A stretch of 64,000 bases of DNA from Candidatus Cloacimonadota bacterium (GCA_002742885.1 PDOO01000028.1:22849-86848), one strand, 5' to 3'. Numbered from the stretch's first letter, positions 17,135-26,628 are shown. Program-made: numbers and translations. Notes: generated from the letters alone by a model not told the origin.

Positions 17135-17953
17135 TTATTTGGGCAAATGATTAATTATCGCTGAATATACCCCGTTTTCGTTATTTGATTCTGTATTCAG
17201 AAACTTTTTTTTCAATTCTTCGGGAGAGTTTTCGGTAACGTAAGGATATTTGACTGTTTCCAACATGGCAAGATCGTTAAAATCATTTCCGGTCGCCAAT
17301 GTCTCTTCAAGACTTATTCCGTATTTTTCGCAAATATACCTTATTCCGAATCCTTTGTCTGTATTTCCCGGAAAAATTTCCAGCCAGATTGATTTACCGT
17401 CAATAGGAGAGGTTGCTCGAACCAAACCGAATTTGTCTTTAAGTTTATCGAAAATTTTTTTGTACTTTTGCGGATTATCGAAAATTGCCAAAAATTGAGC
17501 GGCTTCTCCCGTGTATTTTGAGATAAGAGGCTTAGAGTAATTACGGTAATAACTCTTTCTTCTTATGAAATCCTCTGTCGGATTTTCGTTTGCCCTAAAG
17601 AAAAATTTATGATTATCGGGAATCGGCAAATGAAGCATAAAATCAACATTTTCAGTCGTAAGAATTTCTTGCAAAAAAGACGTTTCCCGACAATTCAATT
17701 TTGCGGAATGAATTATTTTCTTTTGAGAAAAATCATATATTCCGGCTCCCGATGAAAATATCAAAAAATCAACTTTCAGGTTATCCGGAATAACGTCAAA
17801 AGAGGTTTTCAAAGATCTTCCCGTTGCCAAACAGGTTATAATTCCGTATTGCTTCAAGTTATTTATTAATTCAATGGTTACGGGAGAAATTTTAGAGTTG
17901 TCGTCCAGCAGAGTTCCGTCCAAATCAGTTGCGATAAGTTTTATTTTTCCCAT
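17135..17953 (-). CDS. Cof-type HAD-IIB phosphatase
   Basis: IATDLDGTLL motif I and GNDFNDLAML motif IV. Start placed at the ATG (MGKIKLIATD) rather than the track TTG at 17974. Confidence 0.8.
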   Translation of the reverse strand: MGKIKLIATDLDGTLLDDNSKISPVTIELINNLKQYGIITCLATGRSLKTSFDVIPDNLKVDFLIFSSGAGIYDFSQKKIIHSAKLNCRETSFLQEILTTENVDFMLHLPIPDNHKFFFRANENPTEDFIRRKSYYRNYSKPLISKYTGEAAQFLAIFDNPQKYKKIFDKLKDKFGLVRATSPIDGKSIWLEIFPGNTDKGFGIRYICEKYGISLEETLATGNDFNDLAMLETVKYPYVTENSPEELKKKFLNTESNNENGVYSAIINHLPK

Positions 17954-18004
17954 TTTATCATTTGCTCCGAGCAATAAAAGTTTCTCTTAACTGAAAGAGA
18001 TTGC

Positions 18005-18907
18005 TTATCCCCACAATTTTTTTGCCGTTTCCAAACCTCCGATCAGAGCTGCTTTGTTTCCGAATCGAGCTTTTTCAAAAATCAAAGATTTTTTCTGAGC
18101 CGCAGGAATGTAAGAAAGCGTTTTTTCTTTAAGCTCTTCGAAAGGATAAGACGCTATTTCGGAAAGACCGCCTCCGATCAAAATAACTTCAGGATTCAAA
18201 ATTGAGACGGTATTGGCAATGGATACGGCGGTTAAATCCGTAATTTCCGTTAAAATTTTATTTAATTTTTGCTCTTTTTGACATTGATCAAGCACTGCTT
18301 TTATGTTTGAAAAATTTCTTTCCGGATATTTTTCGTTAAATATTTTGAAAATGGATGAAGCTGAGGCATAAGCTTCGATGCAACCGATTTTTCCGCATCC
18401 GCATAATCTGCCTTTGGGATTTATAACCGTGTGTCCCGCTTCTGAGCCCGCAAAATTGCTGCCGCAGAAAATTTCGTCTTTTTGAATAAATCCGCTGCCT
18501 ATTCCTGTTCCGAAAGTGTAACCCAAGACATTTTTTTTGTATCCGTAAACCGATGCTTCGCCGAAAACCATTAAATTCGCGTCATTTTCCGCTTGAACAG
18601 GCATATTGTATTTTTCGGAGATCACTTTTTTCGGTTCGGCATTTTCCCATTCTTTAAGGTTAGGCGAACAACCGATAACTTTACCTTGAACCGTATCAAT
18701 GTAACCGGGGCTGCCCAATACTATCCCTGAAGGGCGTTTTTCGCAAATTTTCATGCATTTGTCTATAACTGAAAAAATTGTTTCGTAAATATGATTTGCG
18801 CCTTTGTTTTGATGCGTTTTTTTATCTGACAGGATCAGGCTGTCATCCGAAAAAACACCGTACTTAACCGAAGATCCGCCTAAATCCAATACTATATAAT
18901 TCTTCAT
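18005..18907 (-). CDS. ROK-family sugar kinase (glucokinase-like)
   Basis: LDLGGSSVK ATP motif and ROK zinc signature GRLCGCGKIGCIEAYAS. Confidence 0.85.
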   Translation of the reverse strand: MKNYIVLDLGGSSVKYGVFSDDSLILSDKKTHQNKGANHIYETIFSVIDKCMKICEKRPSGIVLGSPGYIDTVQGKVIGCSPNLKEWENAEPKKVISEKYNMPVQAENDANLMVFGEASVYGYKKNVLGYTFGTGIGSGFIQKDEIFCGSNFAGSEAGHTVINPKGRLCGCGKIGCIEAYASASSIFKIFNEKYPERNFSNIKAVLDQCQKEQKLNKILTEITDLTAVSIANTVSILNPEVILIGGGLSEIASYPFEELKEKTLSYIPAAQKKSLIFEKARFGNKAALIGGLETAKKLWG

Positions 18908-19320
18908 GAAATCCTCATTATTTTTTTATCGGTAAATCTGTTTTTTTATTTTTATTCCAAAATTTGTTTTTGCAAACAGCTGTAAACAGATTTTTATGAA
19001 AAAGGTATTTTTGCAAATATTGCTGAATTGTAAATAAAAATAATAATTATGTAAATATTTCTTTCTCTGACAGTATTTATTTTTTTTAAGAAAAATAATT
19101 TTTTTTTTTCTTGGTTTTATTATTTATAATTGTTTCTTTTGTTTTATATTTGATTGTATATCATGAAGTTATGCAGACAAAATTGATTTTTTCTTATTTG
19201 TTTTTATAATGCATGATTAAGTTAAATTACATGAAATAAAGTAAGTTAGAAGTATTTATGTTGACAATTTTTAGGCAGAACTTACTGCTCGTGAAAATTA
19301 AATAAATAAAGGGAGTTTTT

Positions 19321-19593
19321 ATGAGTCGAGAAGATTTTATTGAAAAAATTGCGCTTGAAGCCGGTCTTTCCAAAAAAGATGCCGCCGCAAGTTTGAATGC
19401 CGTACTTGACGGTATAACTTTAGCTCTTGAAAAAGGCGAAAAGGTTTCTTTTGTAGGATTCGGTACATTCAGTGTTGCTCATCGTAATGCCCGTACGGGA
19501 ATTAATCCGAAGACAGGCGAGAAAATTCAAATTGCGGAACGTAATGTTCCCGTATTTAAGGCCGGTAAAAAATTAAAAGATTCAGTTAAATAA
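19321..19593 (+). CDS. hup: HU-family DNA-binding protein
   Basis: 90 aa with GFGTFSVAHRNARTGINPKTGEKIQI, the canonical HU/IHF arm. GGGAG RBS. Confidence 0.95.
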   Translation: MSREDFIEKIALEAGLSKKDAAASLNAVLDGITLALEKGEKVSFVGFGTFSVAHRNARTGINPKTGEKIQIAERNVPVFKAGKKLKDSVK

Positions 19594-19617
19594 TTTTATC
19601 TGTTTTATCTTTAATTA

Positions 19618-19644
19618 AGCAAGGTTAAAGCCTTGCTTTTTTTT
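19618..19644 (+). terminator. rho-independent terminator (AGCAAGG-ttaaag-CCTTGCT + T-run)
   Basis: 7-bp stem 19618-19624/19631-19637, followed by T8. Confidence 0.85.
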
Positions 19645-19718
19645 ATGATTCAAATTTTATGGACAGAATAACCTTATTTTTCAAATTTGCCTCAAATATT
19701 TCCTAAAGGTGTGATACT

Positions 19719-20837
19719 ATGAAATTTTCTATTGAGAAAAAAGAAATAATAGTAAGTTTACAAAACTTGTTTACCATCGTTCCTTCAAAGAATACGATGC
19801 CTGTTTTAATGAATTTTTTAATAGATGCCGATGAAGCTGAAAACAGTTTAACCGTAACAGCCACGGATTTGGATATTACGTCAGTATTGACAATAAAAGC
19901 GATGGTTACCGAAGGCGGTAAGTTTTGCGTACCTGCGAAGAACTTTATAGATGTAATTAATTCTCTTTTTGATGATGTTATTTATTTTGAAAAAAATGAT
20001 GATTTATTAAGCGTAAAATGCCGAAGAGCCAGTTTTGATATACTTTGCCCGGATTACAATCAATATCCTTTGGTGCCGGAGATTTCATTTGAAAACGCCA
20101 AAAAAATGGAGGCGGAGTCATTTTCAAAAATGGTAAGTTCTACTTCTTTTGCCGTTTCAAACGATACCAACAGACAAATTTTTATGGGATTGTTTTGGAA
20201 AATAACTCCGAATTATCAGGTTATGGCTGCTACGGACGGTAAAAAAATTGCCGAATTTACTTTGAACGGGGAATACGATGTTGAAGAAAGCGTTGAAGTT
20301 GTGGTTCCGACCAAAGGATTGATTTATTTGCAGAAAATAATAAATAAAGATAATCCTGAGATTCAAGTTCTTATGGAATCTAAGAGAATCAGTTTCAAAT
20401 ACGGCAATACAATGATTTTCTCTCATGTTATTAACGGAACTTATCCGGACTACAAGCGTGTAATGGATGTTGAACACAAGAAAGAACTGATTGTGAACAA
20501 AAAAGTATTTCTTGAATCGATAAAACGTGTCGCGCTGATGGCGGGAGATGATACTTTCAGAGTTAAATTCGATATATCCGAAGATACTTTTATTGTATCG
20601 GCAAAAAATGAAGAATCAGGAGATGCCACTGATTATGTCGAAGACTACAGCTACAGCAACGAACCGATAAGCATTGCTTTTAATTACAGATTTATTCAAT
20701 CAATATTCAATGTTATTGAAACTGATGAAATTTTTGTGAAACTCGGAGACGGAAACGCCCCCGTATTGTTCTATAACCATGGTCTTGATAAAAATTACGC
20801 ATCAAGATTCCTGCTTATGCCGTTAAGAATTACCTAG
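19719..20837 (+). CDS. dnaN: DNA polymerase III beta sliding clamp
   Basis: 372 aa three-domain clamp pattern, LLMPLRI C-terminus, and position immediately upstream of recF. Confidence 0.93.
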   Translation: MKFSIEKKEIIVSLQNLFTIVPSKNTMPVLMNFLIDADEAENSLTVTATDLDITSVLTIKAMVTEGGKFCVPAKNFIDVINSLFDDVIYFEKNDDLLSVKCRRASFDILCPDYNQYPLVPEISFENAKKMEAESFSKMVSSTSFAVSNDTNRQIFMGLFWKITPNYQVMAATDGKKIAEFTLNGEYDVEESVEVVVPTKGLIYLQKIINKDNPEIQVLMESKRISFKYGNTMIFSHVINGTYPDYKRVMDVEHKKELIVNKKVFLESIKRVALMAGDDTFRVKFDISEDTFIVSAKNEESGDATDYVEDYSYSNEPISIAFNYRFIQSIFNVIETDEIFVKLGDGNAPVLFYNHGLDKNYASRFLLMPLRIT

Positions 20838-20858
20838 GGCTTTAATAAGCCCTTTTTT
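20837..20858 (+). terminator. hairpin GGGCTT-taat-AAGCCC + T6 between dnaN and recF
   Basis: The stem starts on the last base of the dnaN TAG. The T-run ends 3 nt before the recF ATG at 20861. Confidence 0.6.
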
Positions 20859-20860
20859 AT

Positions 20861-21928
20861 ATGATTGTCAAAGAAATTGAATTAATAAATTACAGGTCAT
20901 ATTCAAATAATAAGTTTGCTTTTTTTGACAAGGGCGCACTGATTACCGGAAGGAACGGTATAGGCAAGACCAATTTATTGGAAGCTGTTACTTATTTCAG
21001 TTTGGGTAAATCGCATAAAAAATTAAAAGACGGAGATTTGATAAAATTCGGAGAAAATTTTTTCTTCATAAAGATTATTTTTCAATGCAACGGCAGAGAT
21101 ATTTGCGTAAATGCCGGGTACGACAGGAACAATAAAAAAATCATAAAAGTCAATGATGTGTTGATTAATAAAAACAGTGAGCTTTTAAAATATTTGAAAG
21201 TTGTTTATTTTTCTCCTTCCGATACAGATTTGATATACGGAAGCCCCGGGGTAAGAAGACGATTTTTTGATTTGGCGGTTTCTCAAACTGATTTCCGTTA
21301 TTTGGAGATCCTGAAAAAATATAATCAAATATTAAAACAAAGAAACGCTTTGCTCAGAAGTGAATTTAATTTATCTGAAAAACGTGTTTGGGACAGAAGA
21401 TTTGCCGAAAAAATTTATGAAATAAGTCGGATGCGAAAAGATTATTTGGCTGATTTTAATAAATTGGCGGTTGAAAAGTATTCGCAAGTTTCGGGAGCTT
21501 TGGAAAAAATAGAAATATCTTATAAATCTGCCGTTCCCGATGAATATAAAGATTCCGTGAAATCTGTTAACGAATATATTGCTGCCGGGGAAGAGAAAGA
21601 AATCAGGTACGAAAGAAGTTTGGTCGGAGTTCATTTAGATGATTATTTTATCCGTATTGACGGTATTCCGGCTCGCGAATTCAGCTCTCAGGGGCAAGCT
21701 CGTTCCATTGCCTGCGCTTTGAGATTGGCTCAGGCTGAATTGATTTTCGGCATTGCCGGAGAAAGACCGGTACTGATTTTTGATGACGTTATGGCTGATT
21801 TGGATAAAATGAGAGTCAATAATCTGATTAAAGCGATTTTGGGAAAATATCAAATATTTATTGCTTCTCCTGACGGTGATTTATACCGAGACTTAAATTT
21901 GAATATTATAAATCTGGAAAATATATGA
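20861..21928 (+). CDS. recF: DNA replication and repair protein RecF
   Basis: Walker A GRNGIGKTNLLEA, an SMC-like signature region (SSQGQARS) and Walker B LIFDDV. Confidence 0.92.
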   Translation: MIVKEIELINYRSYSNNKFAFFDKGALITGRNGIGKTNLLEAVTYFSLGKSHKKLKDGDLIKFGENFFFIKIIFQCNGRDICVNAGYDRNNKKIIKVNDVLINKNSELLKYLKVVYFSPSDTDLIYGSPGVRRRFFDLAVSQTDFRYLEILKKYNQILKQRNALLRSEFNLSEKRVWDRRFAEKIYEISRMRKDYLADFNKLAVEKYSQVSGALEKIEISYKSAVPDEYKDSVKSVNEYIAAGEEKEIRYERSLVGVHLDDYFIRIDGIPAREFSSQGQARSIACALRLAQAELIFGIAGERPVLIFDDVMADLDKMRVNNLIKAILGKYQIFIASPDGDLYRDLNLNIINLENI

Positions 21929-23166
21929 AATTGAATAAAAATGTTCTCGGCTGGATTATGTATGATTTTGCCAATTCTTCATTTACTACTATAATTGTTA
22001 CGGTGGTTTACAGCGTTTATTTTGTGAATGTCGTTGCGGAAAATCCCGCAAAAGGAACCATGTTATGGAGTACGGCAATAAGTTTGTCGATGTTTTTGGT
22101 GGCTGTTTCATCTCCTGTATTCGGAGCAATTGCCGATTTTTCAAGATCGAAGAAAAAATTCTTGTTTATCAATACTTATATAACGATAATTTTTACGGCA
22201 TTGTTGTATTTTGTGGATAAAGGCGATGTTTTGAAAGGCATGATTTTTTTTGTTGTCGCCAATTTCGGATTTAACAGCGCTAATGTATTTTATAATGCTT
22301 TTTTGCCGGAAATAGCCGAAAAAGAAGAAGTAGGAAGAGTATCGGGGTTGGGTTGGGCTTTCGGTTATGTCGGAGGTTTGCTGTCTCTTGTTATTTGTCT
22401 TCCTCTCGTTCATAATGCCGTTCGTTGGGTTTTTCCCGTAATTTCTTTTTATTTTTTTATTTTTTCATTGGTTACTTTTTTTTGGCTGAAAGAATTTAAG
22501 CGTCCGTCCCGAAGAACAAATTATTTTAAAGTCGCTTTTCAAAGACTTGCTCATTCTTATAAAAATATTTCAAAAATAAAACAGCTTAAAAAATTTTTGA
22601 TCAGTTATTTTGTTTATAATGATGCCGTTGTTACCGTCATTGCTTTCGGAGCAATTTACGGTAAAGAAGCATTTGACATGAGCAATAAAGATCTTTTGAT
22701 TTATTTTATTTTGATGCAGGTTACGTCAATGGTTGGGGCTGCCGTATTCGGTTTTATCTCGGATAAAATCGGTTGCAAAAAGACTATTCAGATTACTTTA
22801 CTTATTTGGATAAGCGTGGTTTTTGCCGCATTTTTTTGCCGAACCGAGATGCAGTTTTACGGAGTAGGACTCATTGCCGGATTGGCTTTGGGATCATCTC
22901 AATCAGCCAGCAGATCAATGCTTGCTTTGTTGACGCCCGAGAATAAAAATGCCGAATTTTTCGGATTTTTTGCATTTTCAGGTAAATTGGCAGCTATTGC
23001 GGGACCTTTGGTGTACGGTTTTGCAAGAGAGATTACCGGTTCTCAAAGATGGGCGGTTTTAACTGTATCGGCTTTTTTTGTTGCAGGCTTTATATTATTG
23101 CTTTTTGTAGATGAGAAGCAAGGTATAAAAGAAGCGAATAATTGGGAAAAGATTGTTGGACAATAA
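21925..23166 (+). CDS. MFS transporter (UMF1/Atg22-like)
   Basis: About 12 predicted TM segments. ATGA overlap with the recF stop. Subfamily assignment is tentative. Confidence 0.75.
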   Translation: MKLNKNVLGWIMYDFANSSFTTIIVTVVYSVYFVNVVAENPAKGTMLWSTAISLSMFLVAVSSPVFGAIADFSRSKKKFLFINTYITIIFTALLYFVDKGDVLKGMIFFVVANFGFNSANVFYNAFLPEIAEKEEVGRVSGLGWAFGYVGGLLSLVICLPLVHNAVRWVFPVISFYFFIFSLVTFFWLKEFKRPSRRTNYFKVAFQRLAHSYKNISKIKQLKKFLISYFVYNDAVVTVIAFGAIYGKEAFDMSNKDLLIYFILMQVTSMVGAAVFGFISDKIGCKKTIQITLLIWISVVFAAFFCRTEMQFYGVGLIAGLALGSSQSASRSMLALLTPENKNAEFFGFFAFSGKLAAIAGPLVYGFAREITGSQRWAVLTVSAFFVAGFILLLFVDEKQGIKEANNWEKIVGQ

Positions 23167-23273
23167 GAAAATTTTGTAAAAAAGGAGTTTCGAGCAAAAA
23201 ACTTTTGACAAAATGAATCTTATTTAATATCTGCAAAACAAAATAATATTTTAATCAACATGAAGGTGATTAT

Positions 23274-24149
23274 ATGAATTCATTTATTTCGGTCAGACAA
23301 AAACTTCAGAAAATAGATAATTTGCCGACATTGCCTGCTGTGGCAGGTCGATTACTGGAGATTTTATCCTCGGACAATACTTCCATGTCTCAGATTGCCG
23401 ATATTTTGGCAACGGATCCTTCTCTTACCGGACGGGTTTTGAAAGTTTCCAATTCAGCTTATTTCGGAGTTACAAAAAAAATAGATACGATCAGGCTTGC
23501 TCTTGTTGTATTGGGAATGAAGGAAATAAACAATATTTTATTGAGTATTTCTTTATTTAAAACATTTGACGGAGTCGGGAAAAATTTTGATTTGAAAGAG
23601 TTTTGGTTACACTCCATTGCTGTCGGTTATTTATCGCAATACATTTTTAAACATTTCGGAATTTCTTCTCACGGAGAAGAATTTACTGCCGGGTTGATAC
23701 ATCAAATCGGTAAAATTATCCTGGAACAGTTTTTTCATGATGATTTTATTGAAATACTTGATTTGATAAATGATGAAAATTTGAGTGATTTGGAAGCGGA
23801 AGAAAAAGTCTTGGGCGTAACTCATCCCGACTTGGGAGCATGGCTGGCTCGTAAATGGCGTATTCCGGCTAATTTGGTTGAAGCAATAAGATATCACCGA
23901 ATGCCCGAATATGCTCAAAAAAATAAATTACTGCCTGCCGTTGTTAATATAAGCAATTCAATTGCCAATTATTACGAAATAGGGATGAGTACTGGCAAAG
24001 AACATTATGACCCGCATACAGCTCCGGGGTGGAAAATTATTGAAGAAAAGATAGAAAGAAAAATTAATCTCGAAGAATTTATTGAGTCGGTTGCCGATAA
24101 AAAAGAAGATATCATACAATACGCCGAATCAACTTTTAGAATAAAATAA
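23274..24149 (+). CDS. HDOD domain signalling protein
   Basis: LPTLPAVAGRLLEIL start and HS..VG..S, GLIHQIGK, THPDLGAWLARKWRIP motifs typical of HDOD (HD-related output domain). Confidence 0.85.
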   Translation: MNSFISVRQKLQKIDNLPTLPAVAGRLLEILSSDNTSMSQIADILATDPSLTGRVLKVSNSAYFGVTKKIDTIRLALVVLGMKEINNILLSISLFKTFDGVGKNFDLKEFWLHSIAVGYLSQYIFKHFGISSHGEEFTAGLIHQIGKIILEQFFHDDFIEILDLINDENLSDLEAEEKVLGVTHPDLGAWLARKWRIPANLVEAIRYHRMPEYAQKNKLLPAVVNISNSIANYYEIGMSTGKEHYDPHTAPGWKIIEEKIERKINLEEFIESVADKKEDIIQYAESTFRIK

Positions 24150-24172
24150 TTAAAATATTAAAGGATGTTTTT

Positions 24173-24550
24173 ATGGATATAAATTTTTTAGTTGTGGATG
24201 ACTCTCCCACTATGAGGAGAATTGTTATAAATACTCTCAAAAGATTAGGATATCGTTCTATCGAAGAAGCAGATAACGGACAAACTGCTTTGGATAAACT
24301 TAAAACAACCGAAGGCATTAATTTTATCGTTACCGATTGGAATATGCCTGTAATGGACGGACTTACTTTTGTAAAAACAGTCAGAAGTTCGCCTGAATTT
24401 GCCGATATCCCTATACTTATCGTAACTACCAGAAGCGTAAAGGATGATATTATCGAAGCCATGAAATCCGGAGTTAATAATTACGTTGTTAAACCTTTTA
24501 CGCCTGAAATCATGAAATCTAAAATAGAAACAATTCTCAGTAATCTTTAG
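24173..24550 (+). CDS. cheY: chemotaxis-type single-domain response regulator CheY
   Basis: Close match along the whole length to E. coli CheY as I remember it (FLVVDDSPTMRRIV, VTDWNMPVMDG, YVVKPFT). Confidence 0.9.
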   Translation: MDINFLVVDDSPTMRRIVINTLKRLGYRSIEEADNGQTALDKLKTTEGINFIVTDWNMPVMDGLTFVKTVRSSPEFADIPILIVTTRSVKDDIIEAMKSGVNNYVVKPFTPEIMKSKIETILSNL

Positions 24551-24558
24551 GAGGAATT

Positions 24559-25509
24559 GTGAGTAATGATACCGCTAAACGGGGAGTTTTACCGCTTATC
24601 GAAGAGTTAAAAGATGATTTCAATGCTCTTATGGAGGAAATGGCTCCTGAGATAGATAAAATGGAGTCTCGCGATCTTTCATCTCATTTCAGAAACCATT
24701 TTATAAGCATTTACAGTAAAATGAAAGAGCTTCCCGATAAGGTTGACCAAAGTTACGAGTTGGTTCAATCTGTAATAAAATCAATCCAATCTTCTCGGAG
24801 TGAACTGAAAAAAAGTGTGGACGGTTTGATAAAAAAAACCGGTATGCAATTACAGAAAATTACTTCCACTACAGAAGAAGCTACCAATAAAATACTCGAT
24901 ATTGCAGAAAAACTTGACGAAGATCAAGAAAAAATAATTGCTTTGATAGAAAAAATTGAAGCAGGTTCCGATAATGAAATATTTGCAGAGATTAAAGAAA
25001 AAATTTATAAAAATCAGGAATCGGCATTTACCATAATTGACTTTTTGCAATTTCAGGATATTACTGCTCAGCAAATTGCCGGCGCTTACGCCTTGCTTTC
25101 GGATACTGAAACTACTCTGCTTCGAGTTTCCAATTTGCTCAAAGAATTTGATGATAGAGAAACTGCCCTGAAAACTTTAAAAATTGATATTGATAGAAAT
25201 TCATTTAATTCGGATGCTGCTTTTTCCGATAAAAAAGATATACAAAACGCCATAGACGATATGTTTGAATCCCAAAATACTGATGTTGATATTCCGGATG
25301 ATAAAACATGCGTTAAAAAAATTTTGCCGAGTTCCGGTAAAGAAATTGATGAAAATTTTGATATTGACGCCTTGTTTGACAATAAGATGAAATCGGAAGA
25401 AAAATCATCTAAAGACGAAGATTTTGACATAGACGCCTTATTTAATAACAATAATAAAAAAGAAGAAAATAAGACTTCGCAAGATGAAATAGATAAATTG
25501 TTTGGATAA
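24559..25509 (+). CDS. CheZ-like CheY-P phosphatase with three C-terminal EIDAL-like peptides
   Basis: LQFQDITAQQI reproduces the CheZ active-site D-x3-Q (E. coli FQDLTGQ). Long predicted helical hairpin. C-terminal SQDEIDKLFG plus two internal [ND]FDIDALF repeats. GGAGG RBS. Confidence 0.65.
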   Translation: MSNDTAKRGVLPLIEELKDDFNALMEEMAPEIDKMESRDLSSHFRNHFISIYSKMKELPDKVDQSYELVQSVIKSIQSSRSELKKSVDGLIKKTGMQLQKITSTTEEATNKILDIAEKLDEDQEKIIALIEKIEAGSDNEIFAEIKEKIYKNQESAFTIIDFLQFQDITAQQIAGAYALLSDTETTLLRVSNLLKEFDDRETALKTLKIDIDRNSFNSDAAFSDKKDIQNAIDDMFESQNTDVDIPDDKTCVKKILPSSGKEIDENFDIDALFDNKMKSEEKSSKDEDFDIDALFNNNNKKEENKTSQDEIDKLFG

Positions 25510-25521
25510 AGTTGAGGAATT

Positions 25522-25887
25522 ATGACTAAAAATATTTTGGTTGTTGATGATGAAGAAAATATCCGTGAGATAATTTCGGAGTTTTTGCAGACATTGGGCT
25601 ATAATGTGGTTGAAGCATCTAACGGAGAAGAAGCTATAGTCGCTTGCAGCAAAACTAAATTTGATCTTATTTTATCTGATATACGAATGCCGAAAATGAA
25701 CGGATTGAAACTTTTGAAATCCATTAAAACTTATCGTCCTGATATGCCGGTTATTCTGATGACCGGTTATCAACCCTCGAAATCTCAGGAAGAAAGTTTA
25801 ACTACAAAAGCGGACGGTTATTTGCTTAAACCGTTTTCTCTTAACACATTAAGACAAGCTATCTTAAAAGTATTCAGAACTCTGTAG
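25522..25887 (+). CDS. single-domain response regulator (REC only)
   Basis: VVDDEE, LILSDIRMP, ILMTGY and LLKPF conserved REC residues. Confidence 0.9.
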   Translation: MTKNILVVDDEENIREIISEFLQTLGYNVVEASNGEEAIVACSKTKFDLILSDIRMPKMNGLKLLKSIKTYRPDMPVILMTGYQPSKSQEESLTTKADGYLLKPFSLNTLRQAILKVFRTL

Positions 25888-25894
25888 ATGTGAT

Positions 25895-26164
25895 ATGATA
25901 AATAATAAAATAATATCTAATTACGAAATTATTGATGATGATAAAGACCTTACCGGACAAAACCATCAAGTATATTCCGTTCCTAAAATTATTAAAAAGG
26001 CAATAATAGAAGAAGGGATTGAAGAACATATTTGCAAGGAACCTGATTTACCTGACAGAAATGTCAGGATTGAAGCTGTTCGCAATGAAAATAATGAAGT
26101 TGTAGGATTTGATATTGTTTGTAAATGCGGCGAGACTTTTAGTATTGAATTGGAATATGAGTGA
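25895..26164 (+). CDS. hypothetical 89-aa protein between the two REC genes
   Basis: An ORF with tight spacing on both sides: 7 nt after the upstream stop, and its own stop 3 nt before the next ATG. No motif recognised; C-terminal CKCGE. Confidence 0.45.
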   Translation: MINNKIISNYEIIDDDKDLTGQNHQVYSVPKIIKKAIIEEGIEEHICKEPDLPDRNVRIEAVRNENNEVVGFDIVCKCGETFSIELEYE

Positions 26165-26166
26165 GT

Positions 26167-26622
26167 ATGAAATTACTTATAGTTGACGATGAAATTAATT
26201 TAGCTGATTTATTGTCTGATTTCTTTCTGAAAAAAGAATACGAGGTCTTTTACGCTTCCACAGGGAGGGAAGCTCTGGCTGTTTGCAATAATGAAAAATT
26301 TGATATAGCTTTGGTGGATATGAAAATCCCTGACATAAGCGGTTTTGAAATAACATCAAACTTAAAAAAAATCAGTCCCGATTGCGTTGTTATTCTAATG
26401 ACCGGCTATCCTTATTCCGATTCTGATAAGGAAGCGATGAAAAACGGAGCTTCCGAATATATACTTAAACCTTTCAGCCTTAATGATTTGTGGGATTTAA
26501 TAGTGAAATATTTCGGAGAGGATAATAAAACTGCCGATTTGTCGGATAAACAAAACTTTAATGAACGGAGAAGAAAACAACATGTTCCTGACTCCTCTGA
26601 CAGAAAAATTTCGGAAATTTAA
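26167..26622 (+). CDS. single-domain response regulator (REC plus a basic tail)
   Basis: LLIVDDE, ALVDMKIP, ILMTGY and ILKPF motifs. Start placed at the ATG (MKLLIVDD) rather than the track GTG at 26161. Confidence 0.9.
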   Translation: MKLLIVDDEINLADLLSDFFLKKEYEVFYASTGREALAVCNNEKFDIALVDMKIPDISGFEITSNLKKISPDCVVILMTGYPYSDSDKEAMKNGASEYILKPFSLNDLWDLIVKYFGEDNKTADLSDKQNFNERRRKQHVPDSSDRKISEI

Positions 26623-26628
26623 TTCAGC

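Noticed and set aside
19099-19109. T11 homopolymer in the ROK/hup intergenic region as a phase-variation switch
   Set aside because: Homopolymeric A/T tracts are common throughout this AT-rich sequence. It has no positional relation to a defined -35/-10 spacer.
19272-19289. Sigma-54-like element aGGCAGaacttacTGCTc upstream of hup
   Set aside because: The GG-to-GC spacing is one nucleotide too long (13 rather than 12), and sigma-54 promoters do not tolerate this.
23205-23233. TTGACA hexamer upstream of the HDOD gene as a sigma-70 promoter (also TTGACA at 19261 and 6507)
   Set aside because: No acceptable -10 hexamer lies at 16-18 nt spacing, and the phylum-specific promoter consensus is unknown.
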